Source of the DNA: Antedon mediterranea | Taxonomy: Eukaryota; Animalia; Echinodermata | Length of the DNA: 64,000 nucleotides | Reading direction: 5' to 3' | Assembly: GCF_964355755.1 (NCBI RefSeq) | Contig: NC_092672.1 | Span: forward strand, 11,408,001 to 11,472,000 | Part shown: piece after piece, positions 26,856 through 39,567 of the stretch | Numbering within the stretch: the stretch's first letter is position 1 | Layout of the letters: every line of letters starts with the position of its first letter | Position numbers and translations under genes: made by a program | Notes under the pieces: model-generated | Told to the model about the DNA's origin: nothing | Seen by the model: the letters and a program-made list of their open reading frames with translations, nothing else | Databases searched by the model: none

Positions 26856-29259
26856 AAGTTTTATGTTAATTAAATGAACTTATGCTAATTAAATATTAGT
26901 CATTAGAATATTGGTCTAGATAGATTTTTTTTTATGAAGACAAGCTAAGAATAAGAATTAAGAAGAATAATCCCACAATGCAATGTCCTCGATTTTCTGC
27001 AATTGTCAATGAAATGATGCTTTTTATTGCATCGCTCTTTCTAATTGGTTCTTTTCAAACTCTATTAAAAAATGCACAATGTCATTCTATGCATTCGGAA
27101 CAGTTGACGAACGGAAATTAGATTATTACGACTCAAAATTATCAGCTGCAAACTAGATTGAACAATAAATTGTTTCATTTTGTGCATGTAAAAATATTTT
27201 TATATCTATGTCAAGACATGAAAAAGACAGCAACAATTGTATACCATTTTTCCAGCTTTTCATTTACATGGTCTTTCCAATATGTATTGAAAATGTTTAT
27301 TTATTTGAAAATTATACTTTGTTTATATATGTATATACCTTATTCTCTTATAACACCCATCATAGAACACCCACCTAATAGGACACTTTCTTTCGAAATG
27401 TCGTTGGCTCTTTATAGTTCTCTCTGTACTCATATGACAATGGTGTATTTTCTAATTTTTATATTTGATAATTTATATTTATGATATCACGATAAGGATA
27501 ATATCTATACCATTATCGTCATATTTTTATGATGGAATACTTTTTTATTGTTGGATCAAAAATGGATTTATATTTCAGGTTTATTTCTTTGTTTTCAAAT
27601 ATTTTAAATGTTCAGTTATTTTACCAATTAAACGTTTGTTACAATGGATCATTTGTCATAATTTATATTATTATTGTGTGCTAAGCTTCGTCAATAAATC
27701 TTTCTAATAATCTAGACATAAAAGTACAATGTATGATATTTGAAAATTTTGACCAATTGTTTTCAAAGGGATTACTAATTTCAAGCCTTTACTTGCTGTA
27801 AAATCCACTTTTAAAGTAAATGTGCATTCCAAAAAAACCTTAATATAAAAAAGTCAGCTTTTAAACAAAATTTCTTTTTCTCTTTTTATACTAAAAGTTA
27901 ATTCATTCATTATAATAATCAGGTGTCTGTTTCATACCTGAATATAAACTAAACCTGTACTCTTCTGAAGGAAAGCTATAAATAGGATATGATAACACCA
28001 TTGCTTCAAACACATTTGGATAGAAATTAAAGATTATTGTGAGAAAAAAAAAATTTATATTCCAAGTTAATATTTCTTTGTTTGCAAGCCTCATTATGTT
28101 ATGTTATAGTATATTAGTTATTATAACAATTGGAAAAAAACTAGTAATACAACTGATATAGTACTGAACAAACATAGTCCAAATTGCATTGTATAGATAG
28201 AATAACATTGCATAGATAGGTAAGATACATATTTGCTTTAATTTGAAATACGGTAGCAACATGTTTGGTGCATGTTTGTTTAGCTTGATATTTCATCAAG
28301 TACATCAGTTCATGTAACACTTTGGCAAAACTCTTAATCTACAGTTTATAACGTGTCAACGAATTACCTCCTCATCTACATGGAATTGTGGGTAAAATCA
28401 ATTAAACAGCGTACATTTGTGACTATTATAAATATCGAATCTAGATTTGAACTCATAACCAAGAGGTCATTGGTTGGTTACACCTGCAGAAATTCTTGGA
28501 TTAATATACTTTCATGGAAAAAAAAGTAATCTTGTATTTCATAGAATAATGGTAATAACTATAAAAATGATATCATATTCAATTGTTGAATTTCATAAAA
28601 GTACACTAGTGCGTCTTGTACTTCTCATCGATAAGTAGGGCTGATGGTTATGAGGTCCAATTGATTATAAAATATTTATTTAATATTAGGTTATATGATA
28701 TTAGTATATATTAGATTACTCATAGAAACATTATTTCATAATGTTTATTCAAACAATGTAAAATACAAAATATAATTTCCATATTAGAAATTAACTGACA
28801 CTCGCACTGTTTCGGATTGTTTATAGATGAAAATAATTATAGAAATTATAATTTAATAAATTTAAAAATAAAACATGGAGAGCAATTTGAACATTTAACA
28901 AATTAATCAAGTATAAAGCAAGTTAAGAAACATCATACTCCTTGAACGAATCAAAGAGGTCGTCACATTCACGGAAATCCAAAGCACTTAAAAAAATCAC
29001 AGGATATCGCCATATTCAAAAAAGTAACACAACCCGAGAAATTTAGACTTAATTTCCATCTTAAAAGTACTTCAAATATACCATATTGACTTTATCCTAC
29101 TCAATTTATATACGATTATTTCATACTAAAAAAATGTTTTAATAGTTGAAAAAGTTCATTTTAAAGAATAGTGCATTTAAAGTAAGCGATTTTAAGCTAG
29201 CTTTAAAAATGTATCTATAACAGCACAGCAAAATTTGAAATTCTAAGCAAGAAAAAAAA

Positions 29260-30775
29260 ATCTTGTTTTAAGAAAAAATTCTTAAAATAAGTATTTTTTT
29301 TCTTGTCAAGATTTAAAATTACTTAAAACAAGAAATAATTTTCTAGAAAAGACACATTTTCTTAAATTAAGTTTTGCAATATTCTTGAAAATGCTTATTA
29401 CAAGAAATATTTTACTTAAAATAAGAAGTCAATATCATTCTCTTCTTATTAAGAATAGTTTTGCTTAAAACAAGATTTGAAAATACTTAATTTGAAAAGT
29501 ATTTTACTTAAAATAAGAAATCTATATTATATTTATCCCTATCAAGAATAATTTTTCTTAAATCAAGATTGATGAATTATAAAAATTACTTAAAACAATC
29601 AATATTTTTCTAGGTAAGACAAAGTTTCTTAAATTAGGTTTCGCAATAGTCTTGAAAATACTTGTTTTGAGAAATATTTTACTTAAAATAAGAAGTCAAT
29701 TTCACACTACCCTTATCAAGATTATTTTTACTTGAATCAAGATTCGCAATATTCTTGAAAATGCTTATTACAAGAAATATTTTACTTAAAATAAGAAGTC
29801 AATATCATTCTCTTCTTATTAAGAATAGTTTTGCTTAAAACAAGATTTGAAAATACTTAATTTGAAAAGTATTTTACTTAAAATAAGAAATCAATATTAT
29901 ATTTATCCCTATCAAGAATAATTTTTCTTAAATCAAGATTGATGAATTCTAAAAATTACTTAAAACAATAAATATTTTTCTAGGTAAGACAAAGTTTCTT
30001 AAATTAGGTTTCGCAATATTCTTAAAAATACTTATTTTGAGAAATGTTTTACTTAAAATAAGAAGTCAATATCATACTATCTTATCAAGACTATTTTTGC
30101 TTAAATTGAGATTCGCAATATTTTTAAAAATACTTATTTTGAGAAATGTTTTACTTAAAATAAGAAGTCAATATCATACTATCTTATCAAGACTATTTTT
30201 ACTTGAATCAAGATTCGCAATATTCTTAAACATACTTATTTCGAGAAATGTTTTACTTAAAATAAGAAGTCAATATCATACTATCTTATCAAGACTATTT
30301 TTGCTTAAATTGAGATTCGCAATATTTAAAAAAATACTTATTTTGACAAATGTTTTACTTAAAATAAGAAGTCAATATCATACTATCCTATCAAGACTAT
30401 TTTTGCTTGAATTCAGATTCGCAATATTCTGATTTTGAGAAATGTTTTACTTAAAATAAGAAGTCAATATCATACTATCTTATCAAGACTATTTTTACTT
30501 GAATCAAGATTCGCAATATTCTTTAAAATACTTATTTTGAGAAATGTTTTACTTAAAATAAGAAGTCAATATCATACTATCTTATCAAGACTATTTTTGC
30601 TTAAATTGAGATTCGCAATATTTTAAAAAATACTTATTTTGAGAAATGTTTTACTTAAGATAAGAAGTCAATATCATACTATATCCTATCAAGACTATTT
30701 TTGCTTGAATTGAAGTCAATTCTATTTTAATATTCTGAAAAATACTTATTTTGAGAAATGTTTTACTTAAAATAG
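29260..30775. repeat. Left subterminal array of the EnSpm element (102-bp units; 370-bp higher-order duplication)
   Basis: CTTATTTTGAGAAATGTTTTACTTAAAATAAG recurs at 30031, 30133 and onward (102-bp period). The block at 29381 is repeated at 29751. Confidence 0.9.
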
Positions 30776-31206
30776 ATTGTCATCCTTATATTCACACAAC
30801 GGTAGAGCAGTTAGCACTTCAGTTTCAACTGATGAAAGAATCTGGGTAATCAAACTGTTTGTGCTTTGAATAATCGATTGCACTGCAACCTAAAGAAAAT
30901 AATATTGATTTAATATTTTTTATATTCAAGTTTTAATATGTTTAAAAACTAAGTTGTGCTTTAGTTGGGGAGCTATGCAGCCTAACAAAAAAAATGTTAT
31001 TTGTAACAATGAAATTGGTCACAAAAAAATGCAACATAAACTTAGAGTGTATAATGCCTAGGCCTAGTACCCAAGTCCTATAGTTACTATAGCTAATAGT
31101 CCTGTATAATAACAGTACCAGCAAGGCCTAGGAAATAGACGTATTTCTCTAATAAAAAATAGTTTAAAATGCATAATTGTTGTAATTTTAAAGCAAAATG
31201 GCTTAC

Positions 31207-31780
31207 CCGTGGAATCTTGTTTCTCTCCTTTAATTTTAGTAGAAAGAAATCAGCATTTTTTATACTATTATCTGCTTGTTCATCCTCTCTAGTTAGTAGG
31301 CCTTCTTGCTGAGCATCAACAAGATAATTAATATTAAACAATCAATAACAGTATAACAATACTAGAATTATCACTACTACTATCGTCAGTTGATAAATCA
31401 TCCCCGTTATAATAGTTTTTTTCTTCATTAACTTCGTCAGTCTCCTAGTCTAGGCCTAGTTCTACTTCATCCTCAATTGGCATCCTCGTTTTCTCCAGGC
31501 ATACTTATATACTGATGTTTCCATCGTCAACTGCAGGAGGTTGCCGATTGTTATACTCGTCCTTAAAATGGCGTCTTATGACATGCTTGTAAAACGAATT
31601 GTAAATTCCAAAGCTTGCCGGGCAGCGAACCACCAATTCCACATGTTACTCGAAAATTCGGAGTATTTCCATGAATTGAATTATAATGCCTTAGCAAATA
31701 GGGTAGCAAATACTGTACCTACTTCAGTTTACTGGCACCAACTTATCGCTTTTTTTCGGACTGCAACAAACATGTGTCAT
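31207..31780 (-). pseudogene. Disrupted first exon of an EnSpm-type transposase (N-terminal C2H2 zinc finger, acidic linker)
   Basis: Minus-strand translation across one frameshift gives LLRHYNSIHGNTPNFRVTCGIGG/CPASFGIYNSFYKHVIRRH (31697-31568). An acidic stretch follows, then NADFFLLKLKERNKIPR and a GTAAGC donor after 31207. The catalytic part is absent. Confidence 0.7.
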
Positions 31781-33822
31781 TATTATTGTCTGTCGTATTA
31801 CTGTTGGTCCAGACGTTTTATAGATTTGCTTTAACCACCATGGAGGTTTATACCTCCATGCTTTAACGTTGAGCAGTATAATGACCTTATACATTCTGGG
31901 TAAAAGGCCAGCGATAAATTTTTGGTTATAGTTGAAAAACAACACTGTGTGTGGTCGATGACCTAGCTCCCGGCGGGATCATGGCCAACGGTTTTTTAAA
32001 GTAATCATTCAAAATCTAGAGTTTGTAAGTAAAAGACACCTTTCATCGTAATTTATATATTAAATGCTTCAATAGGCCTAGTAAGATTAGTCTAATATAA
32101 TGTCGAAGGAAGACGCTAATAATTATATTTTAATCTGCCAGCAGTCTAGGCCTAGCCTAGGCTCCTTCCTAGTTAGTAATACTGTAGGCCTGGAACTAGT
32201 AGGTCTAGGATAGCCTACTATGCCTGTATTGACGGACAGGTGTATAGGTTTAGCTTAGCATTTTAGTTCAGACATTGACAGAGGGGACAAATATTGTCGG
32301 ACCTATTTCAGCTAGGTATAAGGAAGGCCTAATAATAGATAATACAATTATAATGTAACAGTTATTTTGCAATGTAGCCATGAAATATCTACGAAGGATT
32401 ATATTATATACACATATTCCAATGAGAAATATAATGACATTTAAAAACACTTCTTTATATTTAATTAATTGTACACACTAAGTAATCCCCGAAGTGATCA
32501 CATCGATATTGAAACTTAATGTTTTTAACTCTAAATTTTAAAAAAAACATACTAAAAAAACAAACAAAAAACATACGTACTGCATAACTAAAATTGTTAT
32601 ATTAAATTTCTTTTTTTATCTTAAATTATTTGTTAGGTAATTGAAGAAGTTCGAAGGATACTAATTATTACTAGGCAAAGAGGAATGAAATACAAAAGAA
32701 AGCTTTTTAAAAAAGTGCTTAGCAAATTTTTCCAAAGAAGAGAATAATATAGTTTATTTTGGTATTTTAAAGAGAAACACCAGTCCTCCATCTGGTAAGT
32801 ACAGTGTATGTTTTTGTACTTTTATCTATTCATAAATATTTTTATAATGGACCAATGGTAGTGAGGAAAATACGTGTACATATTGTGTACGTATTTTTAA
32901 CAGCTTGGTTCGACTCAAGCTAGTGTCATGCACTCCTCCCTTTGACAACTAAAATTAAATAAATGACTTATGAATATTAATTTTTGACATATTAATGCTC
33001 TCCTGGCCAGCCCACCCTTTCCCCTTCCTTTTACATTGACCACCTACAAAACTGTAGACTACATTATTAAAAATTTGAGCTACAGTATATTAAGTTTATG
33101 TCCATACATTATTCCACTCATTTAAATAAATTTATATAATATAATGTTTTCAATTTGTTATTTTTGGTTAGTTTCAAAGATAACCCATATGTTGTCAAAT
33201 CTGTCAAACATATTTGTTGGGAAAAACTCATCAAAAAAAGTCTGCGGACCTTGAAGGTATTTAGTGTTTTTTAAAATTTAAAATACAAGTAACATTATGT
33301 ACATTAAAAAAAAATATCTTAAAGTGTTTTTTTAAAATCAAATTTATCTTAGCTTAAAATTCGAGGTATATACTATGTTTACAATAATTTATTAAAATCA
33401 AACAATTAAACAAAATTTACATTTAATTGTATGATTGTTATTATAAACATTGATACAGAATAAAAACATCAATCAGGATTGAGCACCGTTTTGCGTATTG
33501 TCTTCCTAAATAGTAATATTAAAAATAAATTTAGACCCTAATAATTTAACTAAAAATAATAGATACAGCCAGGCCTGTCTTTGGGATCGGTATAAACAGG
33601 GCAAAGTTTGTGATTAAAAAGTTCAAATGCATATTCCACCCACCCTTATGTCTTATAATGTAAAATTATTCTTACCACCGTTCTAATATTGCGTCATGTT
33701 TTTGTGTTTACCGCCCCAGATATAGGACTCTAAAACCACACCGTACCCAATTAGTTGATGATGTTACACATATTTTAAATACAGTAATAACTAAAACTAT
33801 ATTAATCTCTTTTCATTTTTAG

Positions 33823-34135
33823 GAACATGAATAAAGATCCAGAATCCTGGTCTTCACGCCGATCAGGTAATATGCCGGTATTGCTTTTGGACACAGAAAT
33901 GGCCTACATTAAAGTTTAGCAAACAATTCTAACTACAAAGAAAGCAAAATTAGATGAGGCTCTAGTTACTCTCCTCTCCACTTTTTACCTTCTGGATTTC
34001 GATTATCCAAAATGAAAAGAAGTAGGCCTCACTATCCTTTAACAGTTAGTGATTTGTGATGAAAACACACCTGTACACTTGACAAAGGCTGTTGAATCAT
34101 CATTAGTATACATTAATAAATTTAAAGACACCTAA
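33823..34135 (+). pseudogene. Terminal exon of the EnSpm accessory ORF (SAMD3-like C-terminal region), 3 in-frame stops
   Basis: A TTTTCATTTTTAG acceptor precedes a frame reading ..MAYIKV*QTILTTKKAKLDEALVTLLSTFYLLDFDYPK*KEVGLTIL*QLVI.. to TAA at 34135, with AATAAA near 34231. Upstream exon-like pieces with AG/GT borders at ~32638-32794 and ~33171-33256. Confidence 0.6.
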
Positions 34136-34429
34136 TAGTTTAAAGCCCAGGTGCGGGAGAAGAATTTTACGAAATTTGTATTTTACCATTTTAATGTTTT
34201 TAAGTTTTCTTTTGATGGCATTTTATTATTAATAAAAACAAGTTTGTTTTAAAGAAGTTATATATATTATTGTACCTAATGTCATGTAAATTGTAGTTCT
34301 TAATGAAAATAACAGTATTGTTAATATTATGTTTTATAACATTCTTGAATTTATTTGTTTAAGTAAAATATTACTTAAAATGAGTATTCATTTATCGTTC
34401 TTAAAATAAATTTTTAGTGATTTATATTT

Positions 34430-36090
34430 TATAGAATTCTTGTTTCAAGCAATTTTTTTCCCAATATAAGTAAGAATTTACGAATTTTAATTTGATAGAA
34501 TTCTTGTTTCAAGCAATACTTTTCTTAAAATAAGTAAACATTTACTGGTTTTTATTTGATAGACTTCTTGTTTACTTATTTTAAAAAAAGTTTTGCTTGA
34601 AACAAGAATTCTACAAATAAAAATCGGAATATTCTTACTTATTTTAAGAAATATATTGCTTGAAACAAGAAAACTAAAAATATAAATCGGAATATTCTTA
34701 CTTATTTTAAGAAAAATATTGCTTAAAACAAGAATTCTAAAAAATACAAACCGGAATATTCTTACTTATTTTAAGAAAAATATTGCTTGAAACAAGAATT
34801 CTACAAATAAAAATCGGAATATTCTTACTTATTTTAAGAAATATATTGCTTGAAACAAGAATTCAAAAAATACAAATCGGAATATTCTTACTTATTTTAA
34901 GAAAAATATTGCTTGAAACAAGAATTCAAAAAATACAAATCGGAATATTCTTACTTATTTTAAGAAAAATATTGCTTGAAACAAGAATTCAAAAAATACA
35001 AATCGGAATATTCTTACTTATTTTAAGAAATATATTGCTTGAAACAAGAATATTAAAATTAAAAATCGGAATATTCTTACTTATTTTAAGAAAAATATTG
35101 CTTAAAACAAGAATTCTAAAAAATACAAATCGGAATATTCTTACTTATTTTAAGAAAAATATTGCTTGAAACAAGAATTCTACAAATAAAAATCGGAATA
35201 TTCTTACTTATTTTAAGAAATATTTTGCTTGAAACAAGAATTCAAAAAATACAAATCGGAATATTCTTACTTATTTTAAGAAAAAAATTGCTTGAAACAA
35301 GAATTCAAAAAATACAAATCGGAATATTCTTACTTATTTTAAGAAAAATATTGCTTGAAACAAGAATTCAAAAAATACAAATCGGAATATTCTTACTTAT
35401 TTTAAGAAAAATATTGCTTGAAACAAGAATTCAAAAAATAAAAATCGGAATATTCTTACTTATTTTAAGAAATATCTTGCTTGAAACAAGAATTCAAAAA
35501 AATACAAATCGGAATATTCTTACTTATTTTAAGAAATATATTGCTTGAAACAAGAATTCTATAAAATACAAATCGGAATATTCTTACTTATTTTAAGAAA
35601 TATCTTGCTTGAAACAAGAATTCAAAAAAATACAAATCGGAATATTCTTACTTATTTTAAGAAATATATTGCTTGAAACAAGAATTCTATAAAATACAAA
35701 TCGGAATATTCTTACTTATTTTAAGAAATATATTGCTTGAAACAAGAATTCAAAAAAATACAAATCGGAATATTCTTACTTATTTTAAGAAAAATATTGC
35801 TTGAAACAAGAATTCTATTTTAAAAAATCGATAAATTGTTACTTATTTTAAGGCAGATACTGCTTAAAACAAGAATGAAAAAAGCAATTAAATTCTTGGT
35901 AAGAATATTGTTCTTAAAGTATTATTTCTTGGTAAGAATAATTTTCTTGATAAGAATTTGTGTGATTCTTGTTAAGAATTTTACGATTCTTGGTAAGCCA
36001 AAAAGTATTGAAATACGGACAAGTCAAAATTTACTTGTTTCAAGAAATATTTTGCTTGAAACAAGTTTTTTTTTTCTTAAAACAAGAATC
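34430..36090. repeat. Right subterminal array of the EnSpm element (63-bp units, ~19 homogeneous copies at ~34595-35815)
   Basis: Unit TTGCTTGAAACAAGAATTCAAAAAATACAAATCGGAATATTCTTACTTATTTTAAGAAAAATA repeated in tandem. Confidence 0.95.
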
Positions 36091-36486
36091 AGAATTTTGC
36101 TGTGAGTCATTAAATTTAAGTTTAAAAATTACTTTGGAATTTCTTACAACCTTACAACCTACATTGAGCAAGTGATTTTGTCTCAACTTTTCTCACCGAT
36201 TGTTTTTATTTTGTTTATTTTTGGTGAAAAGAAAGAAATAAACAATAGAAGGTAATGTTTTTGCAAAGAATAAGGAAGACTCTTTTATACAAGCTTCGGT
36301 ATAGAGAAAAATATGAAATATAGAAATTATAATTTGTTATGTTCAAATACCATGTGTTCTTAAATTGTGAAAGGTGTAAAAATAAAAAAGGTTGGCCTAG
36401 ATGGATATATAAAATTTACCAGATATTGCTCATTGCAATGGACTATTTGTTTATATATTTAATTAATTAATTAATTAATCACTACA

Positions 36487-36848
36487 GAGTGAGTGGCCGA
36501 GCGGTTAAGACAGTGGAACCGTAATTACGTAGCCATAACATCGGCAAGGGTTCGAGGCTCACTCGCTCCATGGTTCTGGTGGTAGAACGAGTCTTCTCGG
36601 ATAAGGACTATAAACCGTAGGTCCAGTGTACACATAACTCATGCGCACTTTAAAACCTAGTACATCTTTCGAGACGAGTAGGAGGTTACCCCGGTGTACT
36701 AGTCCACACAAACACAGCCACTGTCACACACAGCCACTGTGCAAATTGGGACTGGACCGTTTTAGAGGTGTTTACCACATGTTGGTCCAGATCCTTCACT
36801 AACTGAGTTAGTGAGAAGTCGAATAAATAAATAAAAAAAAATAAAAAA
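36487..36848 (+). mobile_element. tRNA-derived SINE, family S2 copy 1, with a Deu/Nin-like core
   Basis: A-box TGGCCGAGCGG, B-box GGTTCGAGGC. Core TCTTCTCGGATAAGGACTATAAACCGTAGGTCC..GAGTAGGAGGTTACCCCGGTGT. AATAAATAAA/A-rich tail. Close copy at 52260-52615. Confidence 0.88.
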
Positions 36849-37338
36849 TTAAACGCTATGAAAAATGTCTGGCAACGTCTACTTTCTCTGTATGTACATA
36901 CTGATAAATATGATTTATTCTATATCAAATATATAGCAAGTTTTTAACACACTGTTATTGGGAACTGTGTCTACCCACAAGTTTTATCACCTTGCTTCTA
37001 TTGCTAATACATGGCATTTATAATATCATTAATTTACCTTATATTACTTGAGATTTGCTCAGAGGTGTCAAATAATTAGATTGTCGCCATTTGCCATTAA
37101 TTCACCCATCTCATGGTCGCTTGCTTGAATCTAACAGCCATTAGTTCTCTACACGTCCATATCCTGTTTCTCGTATGTAATATCTTGTGCCTGATTTTAA
37201 TACCAACTAATTCACAACAATAGGTCTGTAAGTATTCATGTTTTCTTAACAATTGTTTTTTACGGTCTAAAGTTTCATAGTTAACAGAACCTACCTGGTA
37301 TATTTATTATATAACCCTGAGGTAAAAGAAATGTCTTA

Positions 37339-37487
37339 AGCTCTGTCAGTGTCTATAATACTATCAAACTACTGTAGTATGACAAAAAAAGTGTGATGTG
37401 CCTAAATATGGTAGTGATATGACATCATGTCCATATATGTGCACATCACGTTTTTGTCACACAAAGTTTGATAGTGTAGACAGAGCT
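37339..37487. mobile_element. Short hairpin MITE, same family as 10154-10806
   Basis: Ends AGCTCTGTC.. / ..TGATAGTGTAGACAGAGCT. The interior matches the 10154-10806 halves in opposite orientation. Confidence 0.75.
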
Positions 37488-38787
37488 TATTAAGGAAAAG
37501 TGCAGAAAGTACCAAAATATGCACATTTAAGGAAGCCATAGCACCGGAATATTGTATGATTTTCCATTATTTTACAAAATAATGCTTTTTCCAATTCCGT
37601 TAAATAGAAGTGTGAATGCAACTTTACAGGTTATTTCATGCCAGATATGACGTCTTTCATAATTTTGTTAGAATTTTAGAATTATATTGGTTCATTCTAG
37701 AGGATAGCATGTCCAAGATGAGATAAAGGAATGCGATTTTGGAGAACATTTTTTATATCAGACATATCATATCTATATGAGATTATTTGTTGATATAAAA
37801 AAATATATGTTAACATAGTAAATGATAGTACTGGTATATGGTTACTATGTTAACATATTATAACTTTTAATTCTACAAAATGAGTTTATAAATAATTTTA
37901 TTATTTACAATCTTCGGTAAATTGAACAAACAAAATGTGGTAAGACAGAAATGATAATTATGATAATAATAATAATAGAAAAAGATGCGCAACATCAATT
38001 ATTTGAGTTCTTTCTTTCTAGAACGATCATGTATGACTGCAGTTAGAATTTATAGATGACATTTATTTCTTTATTTTACACAACAGTATGGAATTTCTAT
38101 GGAAAATATAATAATCAAGAAGTTAAATTACAAACTGGTCCAATTCATCTTACAAAGAAACACAAATTTATTGCTAGACCTATCATATGACTCACACAGA
38201 TGATTTAAATCTGTTATAAAATATATAATTCACGACACTATTGCTGGAATATTATATATCATTGTATAAACTTGGTTTAATAATTTGTGAGACGTGAAAA
38301 GCAGTTTCTATGATAGGTAGGAAAATCTATGTTCTCTAATAACTCATTTTATTTTTTAGTATTCTACTACATGTGTGTAAGTACGGTATTTGAAAGATTA
38401 TAAGATTACAAAATACCTAGTGTGTTGCTAATGCACACTGAATAGTACTTGTAATACTTTTACTAGAATAGCACTAGAAAGAAAATTATAATCAGAACGT
38501 GTGATTGAAATGTAAATGTAAAAAAAAAATATAACAGTTAATTGCTTAATATTCTCAGAATATTAAAATCTATTATTTTTCCTCTTTTTAAAAATCATTA
38601 TTATATTGAAATTTATAAATGTGAGAGAGTGATCAATCTATCAAGAAGACTTTTAAGTTATATGTCAATATAAAATATATCCAAATCAATTACAGTATAT
38701 CTTTATTCATTGAAATGAAAAATCTTTACCTCACAGACAAAACATACTGGCCAAGTCACAGAATGGCAGATTAGTGGAATCTTTAAT

Positions 38788-39003
38788 TACAATACAATAC
38801 AATACAAATCTTTCTTTATTCTGGAATAGCTCTTTCAATACACAAGTACTGGTCTCCCAAGAGGTCCAGATTTGGAAAAAAATACAAGAAAAATAAAAGT
38901 AAAAGCTATATTAAAACTATGTACAATAGAAGTTATACAAGATGTTTAAATTCAACTTGACTAAATGTCTCATAATTTTTACGGATATGTACAGGAAGAT
39001 TAG
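38788..39003 (-). mobile_element. 3' fragment of an L2-like LINE
   Basis: The minus strand reads NLPVHIRKNYETFSQVEFKHLV*, then CTGGACCTCTTGGGAGACCAG..TCCAGAATAAA and a (TTGTA)n tail. Confidence 0.6.
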
Positions 39004-39390
39004 AGACTTGGATATTAATACAATGTTATCTTGTTTATCCAATAGGATTGGTTATCTCCATATTGTGTCACATGGGTAGGCTACTTAAGTTCTTGCACTT
39101 ATATATAGAGAAATTGTGAAGATACTTCAACCACTCTGATTGTCTTAATTCGTATATTTTACAGGTGCCCAGTAGAGAAACAATTAAAAAATGTCAAGCA
39201 CTATTTAAATTCCAATAAACCTCTATCTATTAGGAACCATTGGTTACTATCATTCCTTATATGGAATAAACATACCTGTATGGCACATTATGACATACTG
39301 TAATTAAAAGATATAACTAGCTAGTTTAATGTCTCGGATTACAAATTGCAATAGTATAACCCCTCATAGCACTATTGCAGCACTGGTTAA

Positions 39391-39567
39391 AGGGTCTTTC
39401 ACACCTGTTCCGGCACGGTTCCAGTCCAGCGCTGGCGAATCAACAGGGAAAATGAATATTTCGTTTTCACGAGGGTACGTGCATATCTATTGACGCATAA
39501 CTGCTTCAAGCATCATGAAAAAGAAACGCTCTTTATTTGCCGTGCCGGAACAGGTGTGAAAGACTCT
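39391..39567. mobile_element. 177-bp PIF/Harbinger-like MITE
   Basis: 28-bp TIR AGGGTCTTTCACACCTGTTCCGGCACGG / CCGTGCCGGAACAGGTGTGAAAGACTCT (1 mismatch). TAA on both flanks. Confidence 0.85.

Larger units (their letters stand above)
29224..36104. mobile_element. Animal-type EnSpm/CACTA (CMC) DNA transposon, decayed internal-deletion derivative, 6.9 kb
   Basis: Termini CACAGCAAAATT / AATTTTGCTGTG. 2-bp AG target duplication (29222-29223, 36105-36106). Long subterminal tandem arrays at both ends. Two internal pseudogene remnants. Confidence 0.85.

Noticed and set aside
30037-30626. Repetitive 131-aa and 63-aa ORFs
   Set aside because: They are translations of the 102-bp tandem unit (a multiple of 3) in the transposon end, not genes.
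34783-35548. Two 128-aa repetitive ORFs and CRISPR-like regularity
   Set aside because: These are 63-bp tandem units with no unique spacers, no cas genes and a eukaryotic context. They form a subterminal array.
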